Program-made: the position numbers and the translations under genes
Notes under the pieces: generated by a model
Told to the model about the DNA's origin: nothing
Databases searched by the model: none
Seen by the model: only the letters and a program-made list of their open reading frames with translations
From: Aeropyrum pernix K1
Lineage (GTDB): Archaea; Thermoproteota; Thermoprotei_A; Sulfolobales; Acidilobaceae
Reading direction: 5' to 3'
NCBI RefSeq assembly: GCF_000011125.1
Contig: NC_000854.2
Coordinates: 1,230,001-1,262,000 of the forward strand
Length of the DNA stretch: 32,000 nt
Part shown: piece by piece, positions 28,234 through 32,000 of the stretch
Position numbering within the stretch: position 1 is the stretch's first letter
Layout: each line of letters starts with the position of its first letter

Positions 28234-29174
28234 GGTACCAGCAGGGAGAGCACTGCCTTGTGGGCGTGCAGCCTGTTCTCGGCCTGGTCCCACACGGCGC
28301 TCCAGGGGCCGTCTATGACCTCGTCCGTCACCTCCTGCCCCCTCTTAGCTGGGAGGCAGTGCATGAATATCGCTCTGCCCCCCGTTGCCTCCATAAGCTT
28401 GGCGTTAACCTGGTAAGGCTTCAGCAGCTGCACCTTCTCCTCGGCCATGCTCTCCTGCCCCATGCTGACCCACACGTCTGTATAGACGACGTCAGCCCCA
28501 CGGACGGCCTCGTAGGGGTCGCTAACGATTTCTACAGACCCTCCGCTCTCCTCGGCGGCCTTTAAGGCTATGGATAGTATCCTCTCGTCCGGCCTTATCT
28601 GGGGGGGTGTGGCCACAGTTATGTGGAGCCCAAGCTTGGAGCCCGCGAGGAGGAGGCTGTGCAGCACGTTGTCTGCACCGTCACCAACGAAGGCCAGCTT
28701 CACGCCCTCGAGCCTCCCTTTCTTCTCGAGTATGGTGGCCATGTCAGCTATAGCCTGCAGGGGGTGAGTGAGGTCGCTTAGGCCGTTTATAACCGGTATG
28801 GAGGCGTGCCTCGCCATCTCCTCCAGGGTTTTGTGGCTCCTTACCCTGGCCACTATGGCGTCAAGATACCTAGAGAGGACTCTGGCGGTGTCAGCCACCG
28901 TCTCACCCCTCCCAAGCTGCGTCTCACTCGGGGTCATGTAGACTGTGTGCCCCCCTAGCTGGGCGACGGCCACCTCAAGGCTTATCCTGGTCCTCGTACT
29001 AGGCTTCTCGAAGAGCAGGCCCACGCTCCTCCCCCTAAGCACAGGTATGACCCTCTCCCCGGCGTAGTAGCGGCGCTTCATCTCGAGGGTCAGCTCAACC
29101 ATATGCCTAATCTCCTCGCCAGTATAGTCGGCCAGCCAGAGGAGGTGCCTCCCCCTGAGCCGGTGGAGACTCAA
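28230..29174 (-). CDS. argF: ornithine carbamoyltransferase
   Basis: [55 protein letters not shown]; start revised to TTG 29174 instead of track 29438. Confidence 0.95.
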
Positions 29175-29289
29175 CCCTTCCCACCACAACTGCAGTTGTA
29201 GCCGTCTAGAGGTTATGTTGGTGCCCCGGCAGAGAATGCTCTGGATAAGGGGGCCGAGCGCCTCCTCAACAGTACTGGGATGAGAAGGG

Positions 29290-29529
29290 TTGGGGCCGAG
29301 TGAGAGGGTTGTGAAGGAGAGGCTTGTAAAGAGGCTGGAGGAGCGGGGCGTCGAGCCTGGGGCGGTGGCGGAGTGGCTGTGGGAGGAGTTCGGGATAAGA
29401 GTCGCCCCCAGGTGGGAGAGGGTTAGGCAGGCGCTCATGAGGCGTGACGTGACCCCCCAGGACCTCGTCTCCCTTCTCGACGAGCTGGGCTTCGATCTGG
29501 AGGCTGTTGAGGATGCTTGGGAGGAGTGA
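29290..29529 (+). CDS. hypothetical protein
   Basis: 79-aa ORF immediately upstream of and nearly contiguous with the next gene. Confidence 0.55.
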   Translation: MGPSERVVKERLVKRLEERGVEPGAVAEWLWEEFGIRVAPRWERVRQALMRRDVTPQDLVSLLDELGFDLEAVEDAWEE

Positions 29530-29557
29530 ATGCATACTCCTAAAATCCGTGCTGGAG

Positions 29558-30130
29558 ATGGCCAGGCCGAGGAAGGGTGGTACCCCGACGTTCACAGCCT
29601 ACCACGCCGCCCGGGCCCTAAACCTCCTCGAGGGCGAGAGGCTGGGGAGGCAGAGGCTTGCGAGAAGCCTCGGGCTTGGGGAGGCCTCGACAAGGACCCT
29701 GCTGGAGATAATGGGTGAGCTGGGGCTCGTGGAGAAGGCCGGCCGGGGGTTCCAGCCAACCAGCAGGGGCAGGGAGCTCGCCAAAACACTCTCCAGGGTC
29801 ATAAGGGTTCACACAGGGACTGCCAACCCCATACCCGGGGGGGCAGCAATAATCCTGCCAAACATAGACCCCCCCGAGGACCTCACGTCCGTGTATAAGA
29901 TAAGAGACTACCTAGTAGAGGAGGGCTGCAAGGTAGCCGTCATAGGGGGCACCCAGCAGGGAAGGCCGGTCTTCCCAGGGGTGGAAGGCCCGCCGGTAAC
30001 ATATATCGTCGAGGCCGTCGAGGACCTCGGCATAACAGGCAGCTCAACCATAATATTCGTCCCCCGAACATGCCTGCCCCAAGCCTACAACGCTGCACTC
30101 AGGATAATTGTGGAGAGGCTGTGTAAGTAG
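29558..30130 (+). CDS. winged-helix DNA-binding protein with C-terminal domain
   Basis: [54 protein letters not shown]; start revised to the internal ATG. Confidence 0.7.
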   Translation: MARPRKGGTPTFTAYHAARALNLLEGERLGRQRLARSLGLGEASTRTLLEIMGELGLVEKAGRGFQPTSRGRELAKTLSRVIRVHTGTANPIPGGAAIILPNIDPPEDLTSVYKIRDYLVEEGCKVAVIGGTQQGRPVFPGVEGPPVTYIVEAVEDLGITGSSTIIFVPRTCLPQAYNAALRIIVERLCK

Positions 30131-30171
30131 ATTCAGCCCGGTGTTATGGGGGGTTCCTATACACTAGCCCT

Positions 30172-30191
30172 TGTTAACCCCCCGGTATACA
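30172..30191 (+). repeat. left copy of perfect 20-bp inverted repeat TGTTAACCCCCCGGTATACA
   Basis: Reverse complement is identical to 31243-31262. Confidence 0.9.
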
Positions 30192-30334
30192 AGCTAGAAA
30201 CATAACATATACAACCACAACCAGCAAAGGAGTCTCGAAGAAGCGGTAGGTAGGGTTCGGGTTTTTCTTGTCTAGGTAATACGTTTATAATGATACAAAA
30301 GGTAATATCATAGAGTATTTAGTATTAGAGCTTA

Positions 30335-30397
30335 CACCCGGCACCCCCAGGACCATAATATCGGGGGTGTATTGTAGTAGATACTAGTAGCCGGGTG
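30335..30397. repeat. nested inverted repeat just 3' of the winged-helix gene
   Basis: CACCCGGC (30335-30342)/GCCGGGTG (30390-30397) with inner CACCCCC (30342-30348)/GGGGGTG (30363-30369). Confidence 0.75.
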
Positions 30398-30399
30398 GT

Positions 30400-31167
30400 C
30401 TAGGCATCTAGACCGGCGCTGCACGCCTCTAGAACATCTTTAGTCTTCTTGGACATGCCTACTCTCATGCCGAGACGGGGGTCGCGGTAGATGTATATGA
30501 AGCCCTTGGTCTGGAGGCTCCTCAGGTTCTTCACTAGCCACTGGAAGTCGGCCTGCATACCTTCCTGGAGCTGGTCTAGGTAGATGTATGTTGTCCCCCA
30601 CTTGGCGTAGTGGTCTAGAAGGAACCTCATGATCTCGGCCTCCTCCTCGTCAAGCTCCTCCGCTATAACGTCGAGGGCGCATGATGCTGTGAGACCCCTG
30701 TTTTGCTGTTTATTGCCTGGCTTACCTTTTAACCCGGCAATGAATGGCAAGGGAGGGCCAGCCTGCCTCCTCGGGCGCGCTTCTCTCTTGCTGTTTATTG
30801 CCGTCTTATCAGGTAAACTGTTGAGTATACGTTGGGCCACTGCAGCGAACTCGTTGAACCTATCCCTACTCTCCCTATCGAGGACCTCCCGGGCGTACTC
30901 CTCCCCAAGGGTGGTGAGGTACCAGAGGCCCGACTCGTACTCCACATACCCCCGGGTCTTCCAGTAGCTGAGGTAGCTGGATATGTAGCGGGTGCTGTAG
31001 CCCAGTATACCGGCGATCTCGGCAGCCCTCATAGGCTTGGCAAGCAGCATAACCAGTATGGCGTCGACAAGCCTGCTCCTAGGCCCCCTCCTACCCCGGG
31101 CCTTGGCCTTAGCCTCCTCATGCTGCTCCAGATACTCCCTAACCGCCCTCCAGAGGTCGTCAGACAC
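30400..31167 (-). CDS. double winged-helix protein, WhiP/plasmid replication-initiator-like
   Basis: N-terminal wHTH (MRAAEIAGILGYSTRYISSYLSYWKTRGYVEYE), basic linker, C-terminal wHTH (DFQWLVKNLRSLQTKGFIYIYRD); start revised to GTG 31167. Confidence 0.6.
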   Translation of the reverse strand: MSDDLWRAVREYLEQHEEAKAKARGRRGPRSRLVDAILVMLLAKPMRAAEIAGILGYSTRYISSYLSYWKTRGYVEYESGLWYLTTLGEEYAREVLDRESRDRFNEFAAVAQRILNSLPDKTAINSKREARPRRQAGPPLPFIAGLKGKPGNKQQNRGLTASCALDVIAEELDEEEAEIMRFLLDHYAKWGTTYIYLDQLQEGMQADFQWLVKNLRSLQTKGFIYIYRDPRLGMRVGMSKKTKDVLEACSAGLDA

Positions 31168-31242
31168 GCCTAACCCCACAACAATAATATGCCGCTCTAG
31201 GGTGTGGTGTTGGAGGGGTTGGTAGTACTGGGCTGCAGAGCC

Positions 31243-31262
31243 TGTATACCGGGGGGTTAACA
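31243..31262 (-). repeat. right copy of perfect 20-bp inverted repeat
   Basis: TGTATACCGGGGGGTTAACA. Confidence 0.9.
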
Positions 31263-31334
31263 GGCCGTTCACCCAAACCGTGCCTTCATGTAACAAATTA
31301 TGGCAGGTTGTGTCGGGCACGGCTGGGTTCATCA

Positions 31335-31398
31335 CGGTCTCCCCGGGGCCGCCTACGGAAGCCCCTGGGGGCTTCCCTCGGGAACCCCGGGGTCACCG
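31335..31398. repeat. 64-bp imperfect palindrome with CCCCGGGG cores
   Basis: 31-bp arms (31335-31365, 31368-31398) matching at 24/31 positions around centre TG. Confidence 0.85.
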
Positions 31399-31514
31399 GG
31401 GTTAGGTTTATGAACTTCAAGCCTTAAAGTTTTGTTGGGGATTCCCCAATATGAGCTACCGAAGAGATATGCTTAGATAGGCATTCAACATCAGCCTATC
31501 TAATAGCTCTACGC

Positions 31515-31551
31515 GGTATAGAAAGATACAGTCCGATACAGAAAGTTACAG
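31515..31551 (+). repeat. iteron-like 7-mers with 10-bp period
   Basis: GGTATAG 31515, GATACAG 31525, GATACAG 31535, GTTACAG 31545. Confidence 0.7.
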
Positions 31552-31610
31552 CTTAGTGTTTCTGCCCCCGCACCACGGCCAACCAAAACCCTCAGGCGAC
31601 ACACCCCTCG

Positions 31611-32000
31611 CTAGTCCATGTAGCTTTCCAGCGTCTTCCTAGGCTTCATGAGCTGTGAGATCCTCTTCGCCAGGCCCCACTCGCCTATGAGCTTGGAGGC
31701 GAGGGCGTCCAGCTCGCCCGGCTGGGGGTTTTTGGCGAGGGGTTTTTGTGCTAGCGCGTGTTTGACCGTCTCCCTTATGTGCCAGTTGCCCACGGGGGCG
31801 TAGTACTGTGGGAGGACCTCCCTCACTATTATCACGTCAGCCCTTCGGCCGCGGGAGTATAGGTGTTCGAGGACGGGCAGCTTTGCGGCGCTGAAGCCGC
31901 CGTCCTCCATGTTCTTCCTGCCCAGGGGGTCTTCACGTACTACGGAAGCCACCGGGCCGCCGGCGCCGGGGGTCCAGACGGTGTGTGGGTGCCATATCTC
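31611..32000 (-). CDS. C-terminal part of Nre-like archaeal DNA repair protein; continues beyond window
   Basis: Frame is open from 32000 without stop: EIWHPHTVWTPGAGGPVASVV...EDGGFSAAKLPVLEHLYSRGRRADVIIVREVLPQYYAPVGNWHIRETVKHAL. Confidence 0.65.
   Translation of the reverse strand, partial: EIWHPHTVWTPGAGGPVASVVREDPLGRKNMEDGGFSAAKLPVLEHLYSRGRRADVIIVREVLPQYYAPVGNWHIRETVKHALAQKPLAKNPQPGELDALASKLIGEWGLAKRISQLMKPRKTLESYMD

Noticed and set aside
28230-29438. Track start of argF at 29438
   Set aside because: The N-terminal 88 codons have no OTCase character and overlap a divergent ORF; TTG at 29174 with GGTGGG upstream fits better.
30629-31225. Several + strand ORFs (30629..30967, 30832..31173, 31037..31225)
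   Set aside because: Antisense to the double winged-helix gene, with low-complexity serine- or proline-rich translations.
30172-31262. Interpretation as a classical insertion sequence
   Set aside because: No transposase-like catalytic motif is encoded and I saw no flanking target-site duplication, so it is reported as an inverted-repeat-bracketed gene rather than an IS.
1-32000. Search for CRISPR arrays, tRNA T-arm signatures and rRNA
   Set aside because: No regularly spaced repeats of 23-37 bp and no convincing GGTTCRAATCC-type tRNA signature by eye; a formal tRNAscan/BHB-intron search was not possible.

Overview
The window is gene-dense archaeal chromosome. Gene content (ZPR1, G-1-P-lipid type geranylgeranyl reductase, aRF1, class II SerRS, NadM), GTG/TTG starts, BRE/TATA-like promoters and C-rich intergenic motifs fit a hyperthermophilic crenarchaeon, probably Aeropyrum-like (inference, no database used). 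I support about 34 protein-coding genes. Recognisable ones include ZPR1, Hsp20, geranylgeranyl reductase, RimI/ArdI acetyltransferase, NadE, CoaBC, aldo/keto reductase, GlyA, Fe-ADH-like, an M50 protease, ArcC next to a cyclic-2,3-DPG-synthetase-family NTPase, an STT3-like GT-C membrane protein lacking a WWDYG motif, an ESCRT-III-like small protein, SerS, a DUF59 protein, a CinA-type domain protein, NadM, aRF1 and ArgF. At the right edge is the C-terminus of an Nre-like DNA-repair protein. No rRNA, tRNA, CRISPR array or transposase was recognised. The most interesting part is 30.17-31.60 kb. It holds a two-winged-helix (WhiP/plasmid-initiator-like) gene bracketed by a perfect 20-bp inverted repeat. 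Its upstream region carries a 64-bp imperfect palindrome built on CCCCGGGG cores, a 15-bp palindrome, a 10-bp-arm inverted repeat, and four 7-mers phased at exactly 10 bp. This looks like a replication-origin or captured-replicon locus. The second area of interest is the 685-bp ORF-poor gap at 7.02-7.70 kb. It has two candidate structured RNAs and shares a 14-bp motif with the 30-31 kb inverted repeat.
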